Assembly (NCBI GenBank): GCA_035634715.1
Contig: DASQCL010000101.1
Span: forward strand, 1-32,000
Direction: 5' to 3'
Source of the DNA: Solirubrobacterales bacterium
GTDB lineage: Bacteria; Actinomycetota; Thermoleophilia; Solirubrobacterales; 70-9
Length of the DNA: 32,000 nt
Made by a program: the position numbers and the translations under genes. Below are positions 8,192 through 16,003 of the stretch, piece after piece. Every line of letters starts with the position of its first letter. The stretch's first letter is position 1. The notes under the pieces are model-generated. The model was not told the origin of the DNA and did not search any database. It saw only the letters and a list, made by a program, of their open reading frames with translations.

Positions 8192-8645
8192 ACGCGAGGC
8201 GAGCCCATGAGGGCTCGCGGGAGAGCTCGATCGGCTCGGAGTCGCGCTCCGGCTGCACGTAGCCGAAGCCCTGAGTTTCGGGGTCGAACACGATGTCGAG
8301 CTCGCCCTCCTTGACCCGCTGGTCCAGCCAGGCGCCCCGGAAGACGAGGCGGCGGATCCAGTGCACGAGGCTCCGGCTGGCCGGGCCGACGAGCTCGGTC
8401 CAGTGCTCGTTTATGTGCTCGCCGAGGGAGGAGGTGGGCTCGCGGATCTCGCCGTTCACCGCGAGCTCGAGCAGGTCGGTGAGCTCATCGCCCACCAACC
8501 CCTGATCGACGAAGTCGAGCTTGACCGCGGCCTGCTCGACGCGCTGGGCGAAATCGTCCTCGTTGAACGAGAAGCGCAGCTCTCCGTACTCCAGGACGTA
8601 ATCGGAGCCCGAGTCGTAGTTCCCTCTGCGAGTTGCTTTCTCCAC
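8181..8645 (-). CDS. Hypothetical acidic cytoplasmic protein (about 154 aa), no recognised domain
   Basis: High third-position GC from the GTG at 8645 (VEKATRRGNYDSGSDYVLEYGELRFSFNEDDFAQRV...) to the TAA at 8181-8183. The ORF portion upstream of 8645 has mixed third-position GC and Arg-rich junk. The start is uncertain. Confidence 0.55.
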   Translation of the reverse strand: MEKATRRGNYDSGSDYVLEYGELRFSFNEDDFAQRVEQAAVKLDFVDQGLVGDELTDLLELAVNGEIREPTSSLGEHINEHWTELVGPASRSLVHWIRRLVFRGAWLDQRVKEGELDIVFDPETQGFGYVQPERDSEPIELSREPSWARLAYRR

Positions 8646-8890
8646 AGCCTTCGTATTTCCCGGCCCCGATCTGACCCATGTCCGCGGCCGTCCGGACCGG
8701 TCGAATCTTTCACGATGCGAGGCCCCGCGTGGTCGCCGCGGGGCTGCCTGAACGGTGGTTTGCATCTGCCATCGGGCGCCCTGGCCGCATGATCGATCGC
8801 CACACGCCCTCCCCATAGAATCCGCCGTGGTTCGAACGGGGGAAGCGTTTTGGGGGAAGGCGCCGGATCCGCGACGCCGAGCGCGTCGCC

Positions 8891-9096
8891 ATGGACGGGG
8901 ACAGGACGCTCTTGAGGGTCGAGCTCGAGTCGGACAGCGAGCCGATCGCGCGTCGGATCCGGGGAGCCGGGCGGGAGGGCTCGCGAGTTCGCCGGCTACA
9001 TGAGCCTGATCCGAGGCCCTGGAGCGGCTCCGGCGGCCACCAGAGTCCCGTCCGAGCGCTTCCCGACCGCCGGAGGGACTCTCAGATATGCCGTAG
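8891..9096 (+). pseudogene. Possible small ORF disrupted by two closely spaced frame changes (or indel errors)
   Basis: The high-GC3 signal moves between frames. Frame 2 (8891 to about 8984): MDGDRTLLRVELESDSEPIARRIRGAGREGSR. Frame 0 (8985-9011): EFAGYMSLI. Frame 1 (9013-9096): EALERLRRPPESRPSASRPPEGLSDMP-stop. It ends 8 nt before the convergent transglutaminase gene stop. Confidence 0.25.
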
Positions 9097-9104
9097 TGGA
9101 CCGC

Positions 9105-11384
9105 TCAGCAGCCGGAACGCACGGGGCCGCCTGGAGGAATCGCCACCAGGCTGCGCAGTCGCCGGCGGAGGCCGCGGCCCGACCCGAGCTCGCGGCGGAG
9201 CATGCCCCGCAGCGACATTCCGGGCGGTGGGTTGTCCCCCGGCGCGTACTGCGCCGCGCGGATCCGCGCGACGTAGGCCGCTGCCCCCGGTCCCACCTCC
9301 GCGGCCAGCCGGCGCTCGAGCCCGAGCAGTGTGGCTCCGCGGGTCCTCCATGACCGCACGCGCTCGAGCGCCGAGGCGACCTCCCGCAGTTGGGCTTCCA
9401 CGAGGTCCTCGGACCGGAGCGCTCGGCGACGCCAGTGATGGACCCCGCCCATGGCGATCGCAACAAGCGCCAAGAGGCCCAGCGCGGCGGCGATCGGGAT
9501 CAGCGGCAGGGTCGGGCCGGAGCCGGACCCGGGCGAGCCCGCGTTGGGCACGTCCACCGAGCCCTTGTGGAGCTTGCTGTCGGAGCTCGAGGAGCCGGAG
9601 GACTTGTTCGGGTCGGCCGAGGACGCGATCGACGAGCCCAGCCCGCTCACGCGCGACTGCGCCGGGGCGCCGGCCGGGGTCGGGTCGAAGGTGACCCAGC
9701 CGATCCCCGGGAAGTACGTCTCGACCCACGCGTGTGCGTCGAAGTCCGTGACTACGTAGTTGCCGTCCGAGTTCGGCTTCCCGGGGCTGAACCCGGCGGC
9801 GACGCGGGCCGGTATGCCGACCATTCGGAGCATCAGCGCCATCGCGCCGGAGAAGTGCTGGCAGTACCCGCGGTGGGCGCCGAGCAGGAAGGTCCGGAGC
9901 GCGAGGTGGCGGATCGGCGCGAACTCGCTGTACCGGTAGTGGGTGTTCAGGTAGGTCTCGATCGCGCTGACCGCGTCATACGGGGTGCGCGCTCCGGCGG
10001 TGATGCGGTGGGCGAGCCGGTACACGCCCCCGTAGGCGGAGTTGGCGAGGGCCTGGTCGGGCTTTCCAGCGGCGGGTGATCCCCAGGCCGGAACGTTGAC
10101 CGTCCACCCGGCGGGAAGGGTGAGCGACAGGTCGGGCGCGACCGCCGCCGGGTATTGAGTGGAGGCGGTGCGCATCTGGGCGGCGCTCGGGTCCGGGACG
10201 TAGCTCCGCATCACGTACGACTCACCCGTGCTCAGCGGCTCGCTCGAGGGCAGGACGAGGCCGCGGTTCATGACCGTCACACCGTTGATCGTCGGGAGGC
10301 CGAGCGGCGTCCCCGCGCCGACGACCAGATTGCTGTTCAGGGCCTGGACGGAGTATTCGAGCTGGTGGATCCAGGCGGGGTTGAGCCGTGGCCCAGCCGA
10401 GCCGGGCTGGCGCTGGGGAAGCTGAACGGCGGCGTTGCCCACCTGGTTGGACTGGACCCAGCTCGAGCCGTCGAACTGGTCGAGTACGGCCGTTCGCCAG
10501 TAGTACGGGCGGTCGCTCTTGACCTCGAACATGGCCTGGCCGATCCTGGGCCAGGTGAGGGGGCCGTAGCTCTGGTCCCACACGAACGATTCGGTGTGCC
10601 CGACCGGCGGCGAGTCCGACCCCCAGCTGCGCCAGTCGACGAGCGGGCCCCGGTCGGCGAGCGACCCCGCGATCGGGAGCGCGAGGAGCGCCGCCACGGC
10701 GATTACCGCTCCTCCTGCCACCAGCTCCAGGGCCCCTCTACCGGGAAGCCAGAGCCACGCCCAGACGAGGGCCAGCAGCAGTACGCCGTGAAGGAGAGGA
10801 GCGCTGGGCGCGCTGATCGTGGTCGCGAGGCCGTAGGCGGCCACGAGCACGACCAGCGCAATCGCTCTCAGAACCGGCGCGGGGCGGCGCGCCGGCCAGA
10901 ATGCGAGCGCGCCCGCGACACCGAGCGTGAGCGGCAGCCCGACGAGGATCACCAGGCGCGTCCACACCAGCGTCCCGTCATACGGATAGTCGACGTTCCA
11001 GAGCACGCCCCACCCGCCGCCGAGGTTCGTGGCGAGCTCGTCCCAGTTCCAGGGCAGGGCGAGCCGAGCCGGCAGCCCCATCGCCATCGCGCCCACGGCG
11101 ATCGTGAACAGGGTCACGAGCGGGGCGAGGGTCCAGGCGAGCCGCTTCGGGACCGCATCGCGTCCGAGCGCCAGCAGCGCGGCGGCGCCCGCCACCGCGG
11201 CGACCACCACGAGGACTCCTCGCCAGGCGGGCGGATTGATGATCATGCCCAGCCACGCGACGGCGACGTATGCGGCCAGCGCTGTGAACGCGAGCAGGCG
11301 CACCGGCGCCTCCAGCTCGCCGGCGGACGGCCGCACCCCGTTCCATGCGGTCGGGAGCGGAACCCGCGCGCCGACGGCACTCAT
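9105..11384 (-). CDS. Membrane transglutaminase-like protein (TgpA-like: N-terminal polytopic domain, transglutaminase core, C-terminal TM + DUF4129-like region)
   Basis: Cys-His-Asp core: HRGYCQHFSGAMALMLRMVGIPARVAAGF ... DFDAHAWVETYFPGIGWVTFDPTP. The N-terminal ~230 aa are multi-TM. The ATG at 11384 overlaps the DUF58 gene stop (ATGA). Confidence 0.9.
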   Translation of the reverse strand: MSAVGARVPLPTAWNGVRPSAGELEAPVRLLAFTALAAYVAVAWLGMIINPPAWRGVLVVVAAVAGAAALLALGRDAVPKRLAWTLAPLVTLFTIAVGAMAMGLPARLALPWNWDELATNLGGGWGVLWNVDYPYDGTLVWTRLVILVGLPLTLGVAGALAFWPARRPAPVLRAIALVVLVAAYGLATTISAPSAPLLHGVLLLALVWAWLWLPGRGALELVAGGAVIAVAALLALPIAGSLADRGPLVDWRSWGSDSPPVGHTESFVWDQSYGPLTWPRIGQAMFEVKSDRPYYWRTAVLDQFDGSSWVQSNQVGNAAVQLPQRQPGSAGPRLNPAWIHQLEYSVQALNSNLVVGAGTPLGLPTINGVTVMNRGLVLPSSEPLSTGESYVMRSYVPDPSAAQMRTASTQYPAAVAPDLSLTLPAGWTVNVPAWGSPAAGKPDQALANSAYGGVYRLAHRITAGARTPYDAVSAIETYLNTHYRYSEFAPIRHLALRTFLLGAHRGYCQHFSGAMALMLRMVGIPARVAAGFSPGKPNSDGNYVVTDFDAHAWVETYFPGIGWVTFDPTPAGAPAQSRVSGLGSSIASSADPNKSSGSSSSDSKLHKGSVDVPNAGSPGSGSGPTLPLIPIAAALGLLALVAIAMGGVHHWRRRALRSEDLVEAQLREVASALERVRSWRTRGATLLGLERRLAAEVGPGAAAYVARIRAAQYAPGDNPPPGMSLRGMLRRELGSGRGLRRRLRSLVAIPPGGPVRSGC

Positions 11385-12490
11385 GCGGCACGCCCCGCCG
11401 CCCCGAGGCGGCTTTCGGCAGCGACCCGCCGCCCAGTGCAGCCCGCGACGGTGAAGGCCGGCTCCCCGGCATCGAGCGGAGAGGGGGTTACGAGATACCG
11501 GACTCGGCTACCGAACCCGGATCCGAGCGCCGGGACCCGCGCGCTGGCGCTGACCCAGAAGAGGGCCGCGTCCCGCGTGACCGCCCGATGGCCGAGCGGG
11601 CGGCCGCCCGCCTGGACGACGGCGAGGCGGGCATGCGCTCCAGGCCACGCGCGGAGCGCGGGATCGATCCGGTGCGGAACCCTCTCCCCCGGAAGGATCA
11701 GCATGCAGCCCGCGGTCGGCGCGAGGTGTCGGCACAGCGACGCCGCGGCTCGAACCGCCCGGTCCAGCGCCTCCGCGTCCTCGGGATTTTCGGCGTCCAG
11801 CACGACCACCGGCGACGCATCCGCGCCCCCCACCAGCCGCCGCTCGACCAGCTCGCCGCTACGCGCAAGGATCGGCCAATGGATGCGGGAGGCTGGACTC
11901 CCTGGGCGGTAGGAGCGCAGCCCGTCCATCTCGGACGGCAGGGGGCGCTTGCCGACCCCATCGCCGCGCGGCGTGCCGGCGCCCATGCGGGTGCGTGCTT
12001 CGGCTCCGTCGAGGCCACCCGGCGCAATGACGACAGGCTCGATCCGCGGCAGCACGAGCACGCGCTGGGCCTCGCTCGCCCGGACCTCTGCAGCCGCGAG
12101 CCGCAGCGGGTCCCTGATGTGAAGAGTCACGGGATCGACGTGGTGCCAGCCTCGCCGCAACGGCCGCACACCGACACGGACCCGCATCGACGGCGTCTGG
12201 CCCGCCGGTACCGGGGTCGCCGCCAACGGATGCGTGACCGTGCCGGCGGGGATCGGCAGGGCGGTCCGCACGAGGACGTCGAGCGGATGCTCCTCGCCCT
12301 CGATCACGGCCCGCGGCGCCGGCCGCTGCTCGATGCGGGCCCCGCGAGCCGCGAGCCAGACCCAGAGCCGCGCCGCGGCGTAGGCGATGAGAAGCGCAAC
12401 CCCGGGGACGTAGAGCGGCGTCGTATCGAAGAACACGGCCGCGAGCAGGACGGCCACGGCGAGGGCGAGCGTGGCGCGTGCGGCGGTCAC
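11381..12490 (-). CDS. DUF58 domain protein (vWA-like partner of MoxR)
   Basis: N-terminal TM hairpin, DUF58 signature LRSYRPGSPASRIHWPILARSGELVERRL, then VVVLDAENPEDAEALDRAVRAAASL. GTG start at 12490, 4 nt after the moxR stop. Confidence 0.85.
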   Translation of the reverse strand: MTAARATLALAVAVLLAAVFFDTTPLYVPGVALLIAYAAARLWVWLAARGARIEQRPAPRAVIEGEEHPLDVLVRTALPIPAGTVTHPLAATPVPAGQTPSMRVRVGVRPLRRGWHHVDPVTLHIRDPLRLAAAEVRASEAQRVLVLPRIEPVVIAPGGLDGAEARTRMGAGTPRGDGVGKRPLPSEMDGLRSYRPGSPASRIHWPILARSGELVERRLVGGADASPVVVLDAENPEDAEALDRAVRAAASLCRHLAPTAGCMLILPGERVPHRIDPALRAWPGAHARLAVVQAGGRPLGHRAVTRDAALFWVSASARVPALGSGFGSRVRYLVTPSPLDAGEPAFTVAGCTGRRVAAESRLGAAGRAA

Positions 12491-12494
12491 GGCG

Positions 12495-13445
12495 TCAGAG
12501 GGCCGGGACTCGCTCCAGCGCGTCGGCGACGACCGCGCGCCGATCGTCGATGGTGGCGCCGGGGGTCATGAGGAGACGGTGCTCCAGCACGGAGTGAGCG
12601 AGGGCCTGGACGTCGTCGGGGAGAGCGTGATCGCGTCCACTGAGGGCGGCCAGCCCCTTGGAGGCTCGGAACAGGAGCAGGGCTGCGCGAGGGCTCGCAC
12701 CCAGCTCGACCCTGAAGTCCTCCCGGGTGGCCGCGCACAGCGCCACGACGTACCGCCGCAGCGCCTCGGACCCGTGGACGGCGGCAACCGCCGCCTGGGC
12801 CGCCAGGATCGTGCCGACGTCCGCGACCGGCTCGAGGTCTTCGACGACGTCGCGGCCGCCGTGCGCTGCCAGCATGTCCGCCTCCTCGTCAGCGCCGGGA
12901 TAGCCGAGCGCCAGCTGGCTCATGAACCGGTCGAGCTGTGCCTCGGGGAGGGGATAGGTCCCCTCGTACTCGATCGGATTCTGGGTTGCGATGACCATGA
13001 AGGGGCGCGCGAGCTCGTGCACCTGCTTGTCGACCGTCACGTGACGCTCCTGCATGCACTCGAGCAGGCCGGACTGGGTCTTCGGCGAGGTTCGGTTGAT
13101 CTCGTCGACCAGCACGACGTTTGCGAACACCGGGCCGGGGTGGAACTCGAAGCGGGCCTCGCGCTGGTTGAAGAGATTGGTGCCGATGACGTCCGCCGGA
13201 AGCAGATCGACCGTGCACTGGACGCGGGCGTACTCGGCGCCCAGCGACCGGGACAGCGCTCGCGCGAGCGCCGTCTTGCCGACGCCGGGGTAGTCCTCGA
13301 TCAGGACGTGGCCCTCGGCGAGCAGGGCGACGAGCAGGTCCCGCACCACCTGGTCGCGGACCTTGACGGCCCTCTGGACGTTCGCCTGCAGCCTCGCGCC
13401 GGTCTCCGCCACCGCGATTGGATCGAGCTTCGGCAGCGTGGCCAC
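12495..13445 (-). CDS. moxR: MoxR-family AAA+ ATPase
   Basis: GHVLIEDYPGVGKTALARAL (Walker A), NVVLVDEINRTSPKTQSGLLECMQE (Walker B / sensor), FMVIATQNPIEYEGTYPLPEAQLDRF. The GTG at 13445 is the first in-frame start giving a normal N-terminus. The ORF-track extension to 13790 is Arg/Pro-rich junk. Confidence 0.9.
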   Translation of the reverse strand: MATLPKLDPIAVAETGARLQANVQRAVKVRDQVVRDLLVALLAEGHVLIEDYPGVGKTALARALSRSLGAEYARVQCTVDLLPADVIGTNLFNQREARFEFHPGPVFANVVLVDEINRTSPKTQSGLLECMQERHVTVDKQVHELARPFMVIATQNPIEYEGTYPLPEAQLDRFMSQLALGYPGADEEADMLAAHGGRDVVEDLEPVADVGTILAAQAAVAAVHGSEALRRYVVALCAATREDFRVELGASPRAALLLFRASKGLAALSGRDHALPDDVQALAHSVLEHRLLMTPGATIDDRRAVVADALERVPAL

Positions 13446-13451
13446 GTGTCC

Positions 13452-13457
13452 ATGGTA
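13452..13457 (-). promoter_or_regulatory. Putative -10 hexamer TACCAT (minus strand), 6 nt upstream of the moxR GTG; implies a leaderless mRNA
   Basis: The minus strand reads TACCAT-ggacac-GTG(13445). No Shine-Dalgarno sequence. Confidence 0.4.
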
Positions 13458-13582
13458 CGTGCGGGAGGCGGGTTCAGGTTCAACTTTTCGGGGGCGGGCT
13501 TCCGGGGGCCGGGGTTGTAGGTGGCGTGAACGACGGCGGGCGAAACTCAGACCTGGCCCCACGGCTCTGCGGACTGCCCACG

Positions 13583-13858
13583 ATGGAGATCGCGGGCCGC
13601 CGCGTCCCGGTGGCTTCGACGCGGAGGTCCAGGCTGCTCGGCCTGGCCCTCCTCGACCGGGATGCCGCGGGCGCCGGGCTGCTGATCCCCGGGTGCCGCA
13701 GCGTCCACACGTTCGGGATGCGGTTCGGCCTGGACCTCGTGTTCCTTGACGGCGCCATGGCGCCCGTCTCCGTTCGCCGGCGAGTCCCACCGCGGCGAGT
13801 CGCGCTCGAGCGCCGCGCCCGGGCCGTCCTCGAGTTCCCCGCCGGAGGCGCGGCGTGA
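13583..13858 (+). CDS. Short DUF192 (COG1430)-like protein
   Basis: ASTRRSRLLGLALLDRD...GLLIPGCRSVHTFGMRFGLDLVFLDG...AVLEFPAG follows the DUF192 pattern (GLM..., HT.GM.f.lDvvFlD, vLE.paG). ATG at 13583; an alternative in-frame GTG lies at 13526. The stop overlaps the regulator start (GTGATG). Confidence 0.55.
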   Translation: MEIAGRRVPVASTRRSRLLGLALLDRDAAGAGLLIPGCRSVHTFGMRFGLDLVFLDGAMAPVSVRRRVPPRRVALERRARAVLEFPAGGAA

Positions 13859-14571
13859 TGCTCCCGAGCGCCGAGCCCGAGGCGACGGTGGTCGTCTGCG
13901 AGGACGACCCGCCGACGCTCGACCTGCTGTGCGACCACCTGCACGCGGATCGCTTCGAAGCGCTCGCGGCGCCCAGCGCGGCGGACGCGCTTCGCCTCTG
14001 CCACTACAACGACCCCGACCTCCTGCTGCTCGACATCCGTCTGCCCGACGCGTCCGGGCTCGACGTGCTCCGCGAGATCCGGGCCTCTGCCGGGCCGACG
14101 GGCCGGTTCGACCCCGTGCTCCCCGTGATCGTCCTGTCGGGCCGGTCCACCGACGTCGACCGCGTGCGCGGATTTTCCGAGGGCGCCGACGACTACGTCG
14201 TCAAGCCCTTCCACTACCAGGAGGTCGCGGCGCGCATCCGAGCGGTCCTGCGCCGCCGCGACGCGCGCCGCGAAGGTCCGCGGCGAATCGGCGACCTGTT
14301 CATCGACCCCTCGCGGCGCAAGGTGCGCGTAGCCGACCGCGAGGTCGCCCTCGCCAACAAGGAGTTCACGCTGCTGCGCGCGCTCGCGGCCGACCCGCAC
14401 CGCGTCTTCACGAAGGAGGAGCTCCTGCGCGACGTCTGGGGATTTCGCTCGATGGGGAGGACCAGGACCCTGGACTCGCATGCGAGCCGGCTCCGCCGGA
14501 AGCTCGATCCGGAGGCCGGTCGCTACGTCGTCAACTGCTGGGGCGTCGGCTACCGGCTCCTGGACGGGTGA
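13855..14571 (+). CDS. OmpR/PhoB-family response regulator
   Basis: Receiver domain: VVVCEDDPP, DLLLLDIRLPDASG (phospho-acceptor Asp), VVKPF. Winged-helix output: LANKEFTLLRALAADPHRVFTKEELLRDVWG...GVGYRL. Start at GTG 13855 or ATG 13858. Confidence 0.9.
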   Translation: MMLPSAEPEATVVVCEDDPPTLDLLCDHLHADRFEALAAPSAADALRLCHYNDPDLLLLDIRLPDASGLDVLREIRASAGPTGRFDPVLPVIVLSGRSTDVDRVRGFSEGADDYVVKPFHYQEVAARIRAVLRRRDARREGPRRIGDLFIDPSRRKVRVADREVALANKEFTLLRALAADPHRVFTKEELLRDVWGFRSMGRTRTLDSHASRLRRKLDPEAGRYVVNCWGVGYRLLDG

Positions 14572-15302
14572 GCGACGTGCTGCTCGAGGCGGCGCTGGCG
14601 AGCTGCAGCGCGGGCCTGATCGTCGCGGTGGCACTCGCCGCGATCCGGGTGTGCGAGTCTCGCCGCCGCCGCGGCCTGAACCGCGCGCTTCACGAGCTGC
14701 GCCGGCCCCTTCATGCACTGGTGCTCGCCTCGGACGGCGAGCATGGCCCCGGGTCGCACGCCCTCCGGGTGGCGTTGACCGCGCTCCGCGACCTCGACGG
14801 TGAGATCAACGGGGGTGAGCGCCGAGTCGAGCTGCGACCCGTGGACTGCCGGGCAATCGTCCAGCCGGCCGTGGAGCGGTGGGCCGGCATCGCGGCGGCC
14901 ACCCGCCGCGCGCTCACCCTGCGGTGGCGGGCCGGCTCGGCGTCGGTTCTCGTCGATCCCGACCGGCTCGCGCAGGCACTCGACAACCTGATCGACAACG
15001 CCCTGCGACACGGCGGCCTCCGGGTGTACGTGGACGCTGAGCTGTGCGCGGCCGGCGTGCGGATCACGGTCCGGGACACCGGCGGCTCGGGGACGCGGAT
15101 CCGCCGCCCGCGTGACGGGCGCCACGGCCACGGACTGGCGATCGTCTCCCGCGTCGCGGCCGAGCACGGAGGGCGATTTCGGATGCTTCAGACAGCCGCG
15201 GGCGCCGCCGCGACCCTTGAGCTGCCCCTCGCGCCGAGGGCGATTCCGGTTGCCCGGCCCGCGTTCAGCCGCGGCCCGGCGCCGCTACGGCCCGCCGCAT
15301 GA
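14568..15302 (+). CDS. Minimal membrane-anchored histidine kinase (one N-terminal TM, no sensor or HAMP domain)
   Basis: The GTG at 14568 overlaps the regulator stop (GTGA). TM segment: LLEAALASCSAGLIVAVALAAIRV. H-box: ALHELRRPLHAL (His at about residue 42). N-box: LDNLIDNALRHG. G1: VRDTGGSG. G2: GHGHGLAIVSRV. Confidence 0.85.
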   Translation: MSDVLLEAALASCSAGLIVAVALAAIRVCESRRRRGLNRALHELRRPLHALVLASDGEHGPGSHALRVALTALRDLDGEINGGERRVELRPVDCRAIVQPAVERWAGIAAATRRALTLRWRAGSASVLVDPDRLAQALDNLIDNALRHGGLRVYVDAELCAAGVRITVRDTGGSGTRIRRPRDGRHGHGLAIVSRVAAEHGGRFRMLQTAAGAAATLELPLAPRAIPVARPAFSRGPAPLRPAA

Positions 15303-15982
15303 GGCGTCGCGTTCGCGCGATCATGTTCGGCTGCGCGGCGCTCCTCTGCGCCGGCCTTGCCGCCGCCATGACCGGCGGCTACCGGGAGGACATCCAGACC
15401 GAGCTCGGGCCGTTGCGGCCGGTCGTCGTCGCGACGGCTCGGATTCCAGCCGGTCACGCGATCGGCGCGAAGGAGGTGGAGAACCTTCTGGAGGTGAGGC
15501 GGATACCGGAGCGGTTCGCGCCGGTCGGGGCGCTCGCGATCCCGGAGCAGGCGGCCGGTCGGGCGCCGGCGACTGCCATCCCGGCCGGCTCCTACGTGCT
15601 GGTCGGCCAGCTCCGCGAGCCGAACAGGGGCCGCAACCACGATCGACCCGCCCGGCTCGGCCCTGGGCGCAGGCCGGTCGAGATCTCGATAACGGGCGCC
15701 GAAGCCCTCGCGGCGGGCGGCGGGGACCCGACCGGCGCCCGGGTGGACGTGATCGTGACCACGGAGCCCGGCCCCGGAGGCGGGCGCGGCCGGACGTACG
15801 TCGCGGCGAGTGGAGTGAGGCTCCTGGACCTGGCTGAGGCTGCCGACGGCGACGGCTCGGACTACACGGGGGGGTCCACGTCGAGCTCGTGGACCGCCAC
15901 GCTCGCCCTCACGAGGCGGCAGGCACTCCGGCTCATCCAGGCGGAGAACTTCGCGCGCGGCGTGCGGCTGATCGCGAGCTGA
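15299..15982 (+). CDS. cpaB: Flp pilus assembly protein CpaB/RcpC-like (N-terminal TM + SAF-like + RcpC-like domains)
   Basis: The ATG at 15299 overlaps the kinase stop (ATGA). TM segment: IMFGCAALLCAGLAAAM. SAF-like: VVVATARIPAGHAIGAKEV. Also VEISITGAEALAAGGGDPTGARVDVIVT and a C-terminal LTRRQALRLIQAENFARGVRLI. Confidence 0.7.
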   Translation: MRRRVRAIMFGCAALLCAGLAAAMTGGYREDIQTELGPLRPVVVATARIPAGHAIGAKEVENLLEVRRIPERFAPVGALAIPEQAAGRAPATAIPAGSYVLVGQLREPNRGRNHDRPARLGPGRRPVEISITGAEALAAGGGDPTGARVDVIVTTEPGPGGGRGRTYVAASGVRLLDLAEAADGDGSDYTGGSTSSSWTATLALTRRQALRLIQAENFARGVRLIAS

Positions 15983-16003
15983 CCGCGCTCGGTGACGACC
16001 TGG

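Noticed and set aside
8829-8837. GGTTCGAAC, resembling a tRNA T-loop
   Set aside because: The flanking bases cannot form a T-stem on either strand (cgtgg/ggggg are not complementary). No acceptor or anticodon arms are evident, so this is not a tRNA.
10155-11912. 585-aa plus-strand ORF (and 12471-13520 plus)
   Set aside because: It is antisense to the transglutaminase, DUF58 and MoxR genes, which have unambiguous catalytic motifs. The translation is Arg/Pro/Glu-rich junk.
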